From: Candidatus Limnocylindria bacterium
Lineage (GTDB): Bacteria; Chloroflexota; Limnocylindria; Limnocylindrales; CSP1-4
Assembly (NCBI GenBank): GCA_041484785.1
Contig: JBGPIH010000003.1
Location: forward strand, 1 to 52,879
DNA: 52,879 bases
Reading direction: 5' to 3'
The notes beneath the pieces are model-generated. The model was not told the origin of the DNA. It saw only the letters and a list, made by a program, of their open reading frames with translations, and ran no database searches. Made by a program: the position numbers and the translations under genes. Shown here in pieces: positions 1-7,673 of the stretch. The first letter of the stretch is position 1. Each line of letters starts with the position of its first letter.

Positions 1-593
1 ATCCCCTGGGCGATGTTGTCCAGGATCTCCACCTCGCGGGGGGAGAGCGGGGCGAAGATCGGGGCCGCTTCCTGGCCGTAGACCGCCAGCTCACGGAACT
101 CCTTGAGGACGCGCGAGGCCACGGCCGGCTTCGAGAACACCTTGTCGTTGATCAGGTACTCGCCGGCGACCACCCGACGGATGATCGTCACCAGGTCGTC
201 CGGCCCGACATCCTTGAGGATGAACGCCGCGGCGCCGGCCTTGATCGCGTCGAACAGGGCGTCCTCGTCCTCGCTGACGGCCAGCACGATGATCGCCGTG
301 GCGGGCAGCTCGCGCTTGATCCGCTGGGTGGTCTCGATGCCCCCGGGCGCCGGCAGCGACAGGTCCATCAGGATGAGGTCGGGCGAGGTCTCCAGCGCGC
401 GGTCGATCGCGCCCCGTGAGTCTTCGGCCTCGGCGACGATCTCGAAGTCGGGCTGCTGGCCGAGGATATTGGCGATCCCCATGCGGAACAGCGCGTGGTG
501 GTCGACGACCAGGATCCTGGTGATCTCGTCGAGCGCCTTGCGGTCCGCTCCACCTCGCCGGCGGTCCGGTCCGTTGTAGTCACTGGCACTCAT
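1..593 (-). CDS. NarL/DegU-family response regulator (REC + LuxR HTH), runs off the window at its 3' end
   Basis: Not in the ORF track; translated by hand from ATG 593, which overlaps the kinase stop (ATGA): MSASDYNGPDRR...RILVVDHHALFRMGI...DLILMDLSLP...AIKAGAAAFILKD...PLSPREVEILDNIAQG. Confidence 0.92.
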   Translation of the reverse strand, partial: MSASDYNGPDRRRGGADRKALDEITRILVVDHHALFRMGIANILGQQPDFEIVAEAEDSRGAIDRALETSPDLILMDLSLPAPGGIETTQRIKRELPATAIIVLAVSEDEDALFDAIKAGAAAFILKDVGPDDLVTIIRRVVAGEYLINDKVFSKPAVASRVLKEFRELAVYGQEAAPIFAPLSPREVEILDNIAQG

Positions 594-1711
594 CTGCTCT
601 CCTCCGCTCCCGTCGAGGCTGCCACCGGGATCGCCAACCCGACGACAGTGCCGCCGTCCGGTCTCGATCGTACGTCCAATCGTGCGCCGATCAACTCGGC
701 TCGCTCGCGCATGAACTGCAGTCCGAAGTTGCGCCGGCCCCGGGCGGCAACCGCGCCCACATCGAACCCGCGGCCGTCGTCCCGGACTTCCAGCACCCAG
801 TCGGCGCCTTCGAGGCGCGTTGCGACGGTCACTACCGTGGCCCCCGCGTGCTTGCGCACGTTCTGCAGCGCTTCCTGGGCCACGCGAAGGGCGACCGTTC
901 GCTGGCCGTCCGTGAGCAGATCCGATGGCGCGCCGAAATCGGTCGTCACGGCCAGGCCGGCCATCGCGCGGACGTTCTCGACGGCCTGGGCGATGGCGCC
1001 GTCCAGGCCGACTTCGTCGAGCATCGGCGGGCGGAGCTGGGTGATGAACGCGCGGACGTCGCCGAGCTCCCGCCGCAGCAGCTCGCGCAGCAGGCCGAGC
1101 TCCGAGTGGGCAAGGGCGGTGTCGGCATCGAGGACCCGCTCGATGTAGTCGACCTGGAAGATGGCGTTGCTGAGGGCCTGGGCCGGTCCGTCGTGGATCT
1201 CCTGGCCGAGCCGCGATCGCTCGGCCTCCTGCGCCTCCATGATCCGCATGTTCAGGTCGGCCGCCGTCGACGGCCCGTTGGGTTCGCTGATCAGCGACGC
1301 GTCGCCGCCCTGCAGGAAGAGCCAGGTCCGTTCCAGCGTCTGCTCGGCCAGCGCCAGCTTCGCCAGCTCGGCCTGGTGGGCACCGAGATCGACGGTCAGC
1401 CGGTCCACGTCGCCGCGCAGGATGCGCCGCCGGGCGTCGTCGGCTCCGGCCTCGGCGGCGATCGCCGCGGCGTCGGCGCCCGTGCCATCCGGGACGCCCC
1501 GCGGCCGGCTGTCACGGGGCTCGTGATCCGCCGTGTCGAGCTGGTCGCGCAGGCTCTGCCAGTAGCTGAGCGCCTGGGCGTACGCCTCGCGATACCGCTC
1601 GTGGACGCTGCCGAGCGTGTTCGCGCTGTACCCGACCGCCGCCGTTGCCTCCGCCTGGAGGCCGTCGAATCGGCTGTCCCAACCATCCGTTCCGGGGCGT
1701 GCAGGCTCCAT
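590..1711 (-). CDS. Soluble DegS-like sensor histidine kinase (HisKA_3 + HATPase)
   Basis: H-box QEAERSRLGQEIHDGPAQALSN, N-box QEALQNVRKHA, G-boxes DDGRGFD and NFGLQFMRERA; no TM segment. Start 1711 chosen from the upstream TATACT (alternative ATG 1741). Confidence 0.9.
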   Translation of the reverse strand: MEPARPGTDGWDSRFDGLQAEATAAVGYSANTLGSVHERYREAYAQALSYWQSLRDQLDTADHEPRDSRPRGVPDGTGADAAAIAAEAGADDARRRILRGDVDRLTVDLGAHQAELAKLALAEQTLERTWLFLQGGDASLISEPNGPSTAADLNMRIMEAQEAERSRLGQEIHDGPAQALSNAIFQVDYIERVLDADTALAHSELGLLRELLRRELGDVRAFITQLRPPMLDEVGLDGAIAQAVENVRAMAGLAVTTDFGAPSDLLTDGQRTVALRVAQEALQNVRKHAGATVVTVATRLEGADWVLEVRDDGRGFDVGAVAARGRRNFGLQFMRERAELIGARLDVRSRPDGGTVVGLAIPVAASTGAEESR

Positions 1712-1720
1712 CGACTTTGG

Positions 1721-1726
1721 AGTATA
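1721..1726 (-). promoter_or_regulatory. Putative -10 box TATACT for the kinase/regulator operon
   Basis: TATACT lies 9 nt before ATG 1711. Confidence 0.5.
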
Positions 1727-1737
1727 CGGGTCGCCTC

Positions 1738-3363
1738 TCATGGGCAGACGATCTCGAAGATGCGGGTCCCCGCGAGCGGATCGATCTGTCCGGCGGGACC
1801 TGCTCCGAGGTCCAGTTCGTGGAAGCAGTCGACGCCGTGGCTCGGGCCATCGAGGACCGCCGGCCAGCGACCGTGATCGCCGGTCACGATCAGCAGGCGC
1901 GTCCCGCGGAACGCGGCCGCCAGATCCAGCACGTCGTCGGGCGATTCGTCGGGCAGGGCGAGGGCCGGGACCCGCTCGCTCTCCGCCAGCCAGATCGGGA
2001 AGTCCGTGATGACCGGGCCAGCGCCGGCGTCCAGTGGCTGGCCGATCGCGGCCATCCGCCGCGACAGCTCGTCGTAATAGGTGGCGCTCGCCTGCGACCC
2101 CGCACCAAACGACGGGAGGAGCACGATCGAGAAGAGGACCGAACCGAATACCCCCAGGGTGCCGCCGAGCCATGCCACGGGGCGCGTCCAGCCCCGGCGG
2201 GCGCCGAGCCGGGCGATCCCCCCATCGAGCGCCAGGAGTGCGGACACGACCAGCAGCACGTGGGCGGGCCCGGCCGCGTGGAGGAACGTGCCCCAGGTCG
2301 TGGAGACCGGGAACACGAGCGTCGTCACGGCGAACGTCAGGACGCTGACCACGAGGAGTGGCCGCAACGACAGCCCGCGCCCTTGCCATGGCAGTGCCAG
2401 CAGGCCGATCAACGAGATCGGCACACCGGGCAGCAGGAGCACGGTCAGCAGGTTGTGCTCGAAGCCCTCCACACGCATCGCGACGAGCCGTTCAGGCCCA
2501 ACGGCGAGATACCGGGCGAGGGTTGGGGGATCGTTCCAGCCGAAGATGTCGAAGCCGCTGACGGAGAGCGCGTTGGCCGCGGCCTGACCCGGCAGCGGAC
2601 TCCCGAAGACCGCCCAGTCGCGGATCGCCCAGGGCAGAAACACCAGGCCGGCGACGACCGCGGCCACGGCGACCACACGAACCCGCGCCGCGCGATCCGG
2701 GCCGGGGATCCGGCTCGCGACGATCGCCCAGGCCAGGCCGATCCAGACCACCTCGTTGCGCGTCAGCGCCGCCAGCCCGATGAGGACACCCAGGCCGAGG
2801 AGGCGCGGATCGAGAGCACGGGCGCCGCGCGGGTCGCGCGCGATCCGCGACATGAGCAGGCATGCCCCGAGGGCCAGGGCGGCGAACGGCATCGTCGAGT
2901 CGGGGAGGGCCGAGTGGAGCAGCAGCGGCAGGTAGACGGCGGTCGTCAGGCCCGTACCAACGGCGACGGTCCGGGCACGCCCGACCGGCAGTCGCCGTTC
3001 CACCGCGACGTCGGCCGCGAGCCGCCAGGCGAGGACCGGGACGAGCGCGCCGACGACGACAGGCGCCCACTGGGCCGAGGCGAACGACGCGCCGGCCAGG
3101 AGCATCGGGATCGCTGCGAGGAAGCTCGGCAGCGGCAGCCAGACCTCGAACGCAGGCCGGGGGAAGAGCAGGGGCTGGGTCTGGTAGCTCCACAGCGCAT
3201 CGGAGACGAGCCCACGACCCTCGACCAGGTTGCGCGCCACGCCGAAGTAGTACGCGGTGTCCTCCGGTTTCGGGAACACGATCTGGGCCGCGAAGACGAC
3301 GCGGACGACGAGCGCGACCAGGAAGATACCGAGGGCGGAGCAGGCGGCCTCGCGACGGCTCAC
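1738..3363 (-). CDS. GT-C fold membrane glycosyltransferase (PMT/ArnT-like, GT39/83-like)
   Basis: Multi-TM; first-loop acidic motif PEDTAYYFGVARNL; LAALTRNE; PWAIRDWAVFGSP; soluble C-terminal domain. GTG 3363 overlaps the upstream TGA. Confidence 0.8.
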   Translation of the reverse strand: MSRREAACSALGIFLVALVVRVVFAAQIVFPKPEDTAYYFGVARNLVEGRGLVSDALWSYQTQPLLFPRPAFEVWLPLPSFLAAIPMLLAGASFASAQWAPVVVGALVPVLAWRLAADVAVERRLPVGRARTVAVGTGLTTAVYLPLLLHSALPDSTMPFAALALGACLLMSRIARDPRGARALDPRLLGLGVLIGLAALTRNEVVWIGLAWAIVASRIPGPDRAARVRVVAVAAVVAGLVFLPWAIRDWAVFGSPLPGQAAANALSVSGFDIFGWNDPPTLARYLAVGPERLVAMRVEGFEHNLLTVLLLPGVPISLIGLLALPWQGRGLSLRPLLVVSVLTFAVTTLVFPVSTTWGTFLHAAGPAHVLLVVSALLALDGGIARLGARRGWTRPVAWLGGTLGVFGSVLFSIVLLPSFGAGSQASATYYDELSRRMAAIGQPLDAGAGPVITDFPIWLAESERVPALALPDESPDDVLDLAAAFRGTRLLIVTGDHGRWPAVLDGPSHGVDCFHELDLGAGPAGQIDPLAGTRIFEIVCP

Positions 3364-5027
3364 GGGGTGCTCGATCCGGTCGAGAAGCAGCGCGGATCGG
3401 ACGATCCCTCGAGGCATACCGGGAAGATCCCGAGCGAGTACTTCGCGGTCGTCCCGCCAGCGGTCAGTGCAGTGCCTGGCTGCGTGTAGATCGGCGGACC
3501 GATCCAGGCCGGTCGCTGGTCCTCCTCCAGGATCGGCGCCACGGAGTCCACGCTCTCCGAAGCGTCCAGCACCAGCCAGCGGATCCGGTAGGCGTAGCCG
3601 ACGTCGAGGATCGTGCCGAGCGGGTCGTTGACCAGGACGACGCCGCCGCGACCGGTCGCATACTTTGTCCCGGACGCATCGATCGACATCACCCGGTCGG
3701 TCGCGGGTACATGCGCCTGCTCGAAGGCGGCGGCAATCGCGCTCGCCCGGTCGCGCCGGGCGGTCCAGGTGTCATGGACACCCAGCGTTCCGAGCACCGC
3801 AAGGACGATGCTGAACGCCACCGCAGCGGCCGTGAAGAGCCGCGTCGCGACGGGTGCACTCCAGCTCGGACGCCGCGCGGCGATCCAGGCCACGCCAACC
3901 CCGATCCCTTCGAGCGCCAGGACGTAGCTGTGGGGCGCGAGCGCGACCGCCGAGTGGATGAACGTCCCGCCCGGCACGTGGACCGCCGAGACCAGGCCGG
4001 AGAACCCGAAGAGGATCGCGGCGTAGAGAAAGAACGGCAGGAAGTCTCGCGAATGGCGGCGTGCCCAGGTGCCGAATGCCAGCGGCGGACCGAGGACGAT
4101 GCCGCACACCAGCACGAGGTAGATCGTCGCCGCCGCGATGAACCCGCCGATCCGTGTCGCGATGAGCGGGATGATGCCCATCCCGAGCAGGTGGTCCAGG
4201 GAGGCCGGCGTCGTGATGTCGTTCCACTCACCGATGTCGCGGATGAACAGGACCTTGCCGGACGCGGTCGAGGGGGAGAGCGATCCGAATTCGAGCAACT
4301 GGCGGGCCCACCAGGGCGCCATCACCAGGGCGAAGATCCCGACGCAGGCAAGCGCGGCCCAGAGGGGGAGGGCCGGCTTCAGCGCGCCGGCTGACCCACG
4401 CGCCCGCGCTCGATCCCAGGCGAAGACCAGACCGAGCGCGACGAGGACCAACAGCCCGTCGCTTCTCGCCAGCGTCGCAACGCCCGCGAGCAGTCCGGCC
4501 GCAACGAACGATCGGGCCGACCCGCGCAACCCCCGGGCGGCCAGCCAGAGCGAGGCGGCGACCAGCGGCTGGTAGAGCGAGAAGTTGTCCGGCTGGGCCA
4601 TGAACGGCAGCGACAGGACGGGGATCGCCACGAGGATCCCGGCGCCGTTCGCCACCAGCGGCCGCGCCCCCGCGTCCCGCGCGATCGCCCAGGTCAACGG
4701 CGCGGCGAGCGCGCCGAGAAGCGCGAACGGGGCCGCGGAGGCCCAGGCGACGTCGCCGAAGATGAACAGGAACGGGACCTGGACGACTGACGCGAGTGGC
4801 ATCCAGTGGGCATTCGAGGCGATCGGCAGGACCGGGTTGGCCGGGATCGCGCCACCGACCTCGGCGAAGATCCAGATGAAGTCCACGTTGAAGCCATGTC
4901 CCGCGTGGAGCTCCCGTGCCACGTCGACGTAGTAGGCGGAGTCCGGGTAGGCCGGGTCGGGGAAATGCGCGATCAGCAACCCGCGGACCACGAGCGCGAG
5001 CACGTAAAGCAGCAACGGCGTACGCAA
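3360..5027 (-). CDS. GT-C fold membrane glycosyltransferase (PMT/ArnT-like), tandem paralog of 1738-3363
   Basis: PDSAYYVDVARELHAG; ATLARSDG; PWWARQLLEFGS. TTG 5027 lies 8 nt after an extended -10 box (TGcTAGGCT). Confidence 0.8.
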   Translation of the reverse strand: MRTPLLLYVLALVVRGLLIAHFPDPAYPDSAYYVDVARELHAGHGFNVDFIWIFAEVGGAIPANPVLPIASNAHWMPLASVVQVPFLFIFGDVAWASAAPFALLGALAAPLTWAIARDAGARPLVANGAGILVAIPVLSLPFMAQPDNFSLYQPLVAASLWLAARGLRGSARSFVAAGLLAGVATLARSDGLLVLVALGLVFAWDRARARGSAGALKPALPLWAALACVGIFALVMAPWWARQLLEFGSLSPSTASGKVLFIRDIGEWNDITTPASLDHLLGMGIIPLIATRIGGFIAAATIYLVLVCGIVLGPPLAFGTWARRHSRDFLPFFLYAAILFGFSGLVSAVHVPGGTFIHSAVALAPHSYVLALEGIGVGVAWIAARRPSWSAPVATRLFTAAAVAFSIVLAVLGTLGVHDTWTARRDRASAIAAAFEQAHVPATDRVMSIDASGTKYATGRGGVVLVNDPLGTILDVGYAYRIRWLVLDASESVDSVAPILEEDQRPAWIGPPIYTQPGTALTAGGTTAKYSLGIFPVCLEGSSDPRCFSTGSSTP

Positions 5028-5035
5028 GGCAGTGC

Positions 5036-5041
5036 AGCCTA
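5036..5041 (-). promoter_or_regulatory. Putative extended -10 box TAGGCT
   Basis: TGcTAGGCT lies 8 nt before TTG 5027. Confidence 0.5.
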
Positions 5042-5097
5042 GCACCGGATTTGCGTCCGGCCGACCGGTACGAATGGCCTAATCCGCTTGGATCGAA

Positions 5098-5898
5098 CTA
5101 CCGCGATTCGTCCTTGGCAGGGACCTGATCTGCGGACGCCAAGCCAGACCGCCTCCTCCCGCGTCGCCCCAGATACGCGATGACGCCAATCGCCATGAGC
5201 GGGAATTCCGTGAGCGAATAAAGCGGTCCGCCGCGGCCGTCGACGGGGTTGGTCTGAGCGTCCAGGAGCACCTGGGCGTAGCGCAGGGAGTCGGCGAGGA
5301 AGGGCAGGGAAGCCACCATCAGGACGACAACGACTACCCACCATCGCCGGTCACGGATCCCAACGAGCGCGAATGGCGCGACCGTCGGTTTCACCAGGAC
5401 GAGCGCCGCCGGCCACCGATAGATCGTGCCCAAGCCGACGGCTGCCGCCGCCCAGATCACGGGATTGCCGAAGATGTACTTCGCAGGCGAGTACGGCCAT
5501 GCGAGGCAGAGCGCGATGATTCCCAGGGCCCATGGTGCCGGCCGGTGCCGCCACACGACCCATGCCAGGGTCGCGGCCGGCAGCATCCACCACAGCCACG
5601 GGCCGAGGAGCCGGAACGGGATCAGCAGGTACAGCAGGATCGGCGGATACAGGATGTCGCCGATCTCGATCGGGTAGGGGCCCGCCAATTGTCGAGCCTG
5701 GTACCAGCCGTCGCCGGCCCACCAGCGATCGACCGCATTCATGTAGATCCCGTAGTCGATCGCGAACGAGCGAGCGAACCAATCCGGCGCCGACACCAGC
5801 GCGATACCCCAGCCGACGATCGCGAGCGTCGCCACGGCGATGGCCGCCAGGCGCAGCGCTGCCTCGGCACGGCTGGCCGGCAATGTGGTCGGATCCAT
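5098..5898 (-). CDS. Small GT87 (PimE-like) membrane glycosyltransferase
   Basis: DYGIY...LYPP...FGNP...LVKP motif order; hydrophobic; about 266 aa. Confidence 0.7.
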   Translation of the reverse strand: MDPTTLPASRAEAALRLAAIAVATLAIVGWGIALVSAPDWFARSFAIDYGIYMNAVDRWWAGDGWYQARQLAGPYPIEIGDILYPPILLYLLIPFRLLGPWLWWMLPAATLAWVVWRHRPAPWALGIIALCLAWPYSPAKYIFGNPVIWAAAAVGLGTIYRWPAALVLVKPTVAPFALVGIRDRRWWVVVVVLMVASLPFLADSLRYAQVLLDAQTNPVDGRGGPLYSLTEFPLMAIGVIAYLGRRGRRRSGLASADQVPAKDESR

Positions 5899-5905
5899 CC
5901 CTCGC

Positions 5906-5929
5906 ATCCTATGCGACCGCGCGTACGAT
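5906..5929. promoter_or_regulatory. Back-to-back divergent leaderless -10 boxes (TAGGAT minus 5906-5911; TACGAT plus 5924-5929)
   Basis: Each hexamer lies exactly 7 nt before a start codon (ATG 5898, GTG 5937). Confidence 0.6.
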
Positions 5930-5936
5930 GCGGCTC

Positions 5937-6794
5937 GTGGCCAGCCGACGATCGCCCTTCGACGCCCGCGGGGTCAAGATGGTGCTCGCCTCGGCCGCGA
6001 TCGTCGGGCTGCTGATCGGTCTCGACACCCTGGCACTGCACCTGCGTCTCGACCCCCTGGTTGATGTCCACGCCTACTACGACGCCGGCGCCCGGCTCAA
6101 CGCGGGTCAGCCGCTCTACGACCAGCCGACGGGCACGAACGACGCCGACTTCTATCGATACCCACCGCTCCTGGCCGTAGCCTTCCGCCCGCTGGCGCTG
6201 TTGCCGTTCCAGACAGCCGCACTGCTCTGGGAGGCCTTTCTGCTCGCCCTTCTTGCCGCAACCGTCGTCCGGATGGGCGTCCGCAGTCGATGGACGTGGC
6301 TCGTCCTCGGCTGGCTCGCGGCCCCGATCGCCTGGAGCCTGGCCATTGGCCAGGCCCAGGTCGCCGTCACCTTCCTGCTCGCCCTCGGGTCGCCGCTCGC
6401 GGTGGCGACGGCGGCGCATTTGAAGCTCCTGCCGGCCCTCGTCGCCGTCTTCTGGATCGGTCGTCGCGACTGGTCGTCGCTCGGCCGGTTCGTCGGCTGG
6501 ACCGTGGGGCTGGGGCTGCTGTCGGCGATCCTGGAACCCAGGGGCACGATCGCCTTCCTGGGCTTCACGGACCTCACCCAGGTCGGCAACGTCGAGAACC
6601 GCTCGCTCTACGCAATCTCGCCGATCCTGTGGGCCACCTCGACCGCGATCCTGATCGCCCTCGCGCTCCGTTTCGCCCCGACGCGCGCCGGCTGGGCCCT
6701 GGCCATCTGCCTGGCGGTCTTCGCGAGCCCGCGCCTGCTCCTCTACCAGCTGTCGACGCTGCAGGCGGCCGTCCGAGCGAGGGGCAAGGCGTGA
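5937..6794 (+). CDS. GT87-family membrane glycosyltransferase
   Basis: DVHAYYDAGARLNAGQPLY...YRYPP...IGQAQ...HLKLLP...ENRS. Start set at GTG 5937 (alternative ATG 5928). Confidence 0.82.
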   Translation: MASRRSPFDARGVKMVLASAAIVGLLIGLDTLALHLRLDPLVDVHAYYDAGARLNAGQPLYDQPTGTNDADFYRYPPLLAVAFRPLALLPFQTAALLWEAFLLALLAATVVRMGVRSRWTWLVLGWLAAPIAWSLAIGQAQVAVTFLLALGSPLAVATAAHLKLLPALVAVFWIGRRDWSSLGRFVGWTVGLGLLSAILEPRGTIAFLGFTDLTQVGNVENRSLYAISPILWATSTAILIALALRFAPTRAGWALAICLAVFASPRLLLYQLSTLQAAVRARGKA

Positions 6795-7642
6795 CGGCGC
6801 GCCGAGCGCTGCGGGATGGGGCCATCGTCGCCGGCCTCCTCTTCACGGCGTACCTGTTCGTCATCGTGGCGCCGCAGCAGCGGACCGTCGGCTTCGATGC
6901 CTTCGGCTACTGGTCGGTGAACCCGGCGCAGCCGTACCAGGCGCCGGTCGGGGGCCTGTCGGCGTTCAACTACTCGCCGCCGATCGCGCGGCTCTTCGGC
7001 CTCTTCGCCAACCTTGACTGGTATGCGTTCCTCTGGATCTGGCTCGCCCTCCTGGTCGGGACCGTCATCTGGTTGGGCGGGCGCGGACCGCGGGTCATCT
7101 GGCTGCTCGCGTTCCCGCCGGTCGCGCTGGAGCTCTACCACGGCAACGTCCACCTGCTGATCGCGGCTGCGATCGCGCTCGGGTTCCGCTATCCGTGGGC
7201 CTGGGCGTTCATCCTGCTGACGAAGGTGACGCCGGGCATCGGCCTCGTCTGGTTCGCGGTCCGGCAGGAATGGCGCTCGCTGGCGATCGCTCTCGGCGCG
7301 ACGGCGGCGATCGTTGCGGTCTCGCTCGTCGTCGACGGGAGCCTCTGGGCGGACTGGCTCGACTTCCTGGGGCGCGCCGGCGGGGGCGCCACCGTGGCCC
7401 AGTTCGAGATCGGCGTCCCGCTGTGGCTACGCCTGCCGGCGGCGCTCGTCCTGGTCGCCTGGGGCGGCCTGACTGACCGTCGCTGGACCGTGCCAGCTGC
7501 GGCGACCCTCGGGCTGCCGATCCTGTGGCCGAGCGGCTTCGCGATCTGCGCTGCGCTGGCGAGCGAATCTCTGTGGCGGCAGCGGGAGACGCCCAGCGTG
7601 GTCCAGGTGCCCACCGCCGGGGTGGACGTTCGCGCCACATAG
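6791..7642 (+). CDS. GT87-family membrane glycosyltransferase
   Basis: GTGA overlap with the upstream gene; GFDAFGYW...YSPP...HGNVH...LTKVTPG. Confidence 0.82.
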   Translation: MTARRALRDGAIVAGLLFTAYLFVIVAPQQRTVGFDAFGYWSVNPAQPYQAPVGGLSAFNYSPPIARLFGLFANLDWYAFLWIWLALLVGTVIWLGGRGPRVIWLLAFPPVALELYHGNVHLLIAAAIALGFRYPWAWAFILLTKVTPGIGLVWFAVRQEWRSLAIALGATAAIVAVSLVVDGSLWADWLDFLGRAGGGATVAQFEIGVPLWLRLPAALVLVAWGGLTDRRWTVPAAATLGLPILWPSGFAICAALASESLWRQRETPSVVQVPTAGVDVRAT

Positions 7643-7661
7643 GTCCGGGCGCGCTCGCGGC

Positions 7662-7667
7662 TACGAT
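7662..7667 (+). promoter_or_regulatory. Putative leaderless -10 box TACGAT
   Basis: 6 nt before GTG 7674. Confidence 0.55.
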
Positions 7668-7673
7668 GCGCGC

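Noticed and set aside
368-589. 73-aa minus-strand ORF from the track
   Set aside because: Wrong frame; the real gene is the response regulator starting at ATG 593
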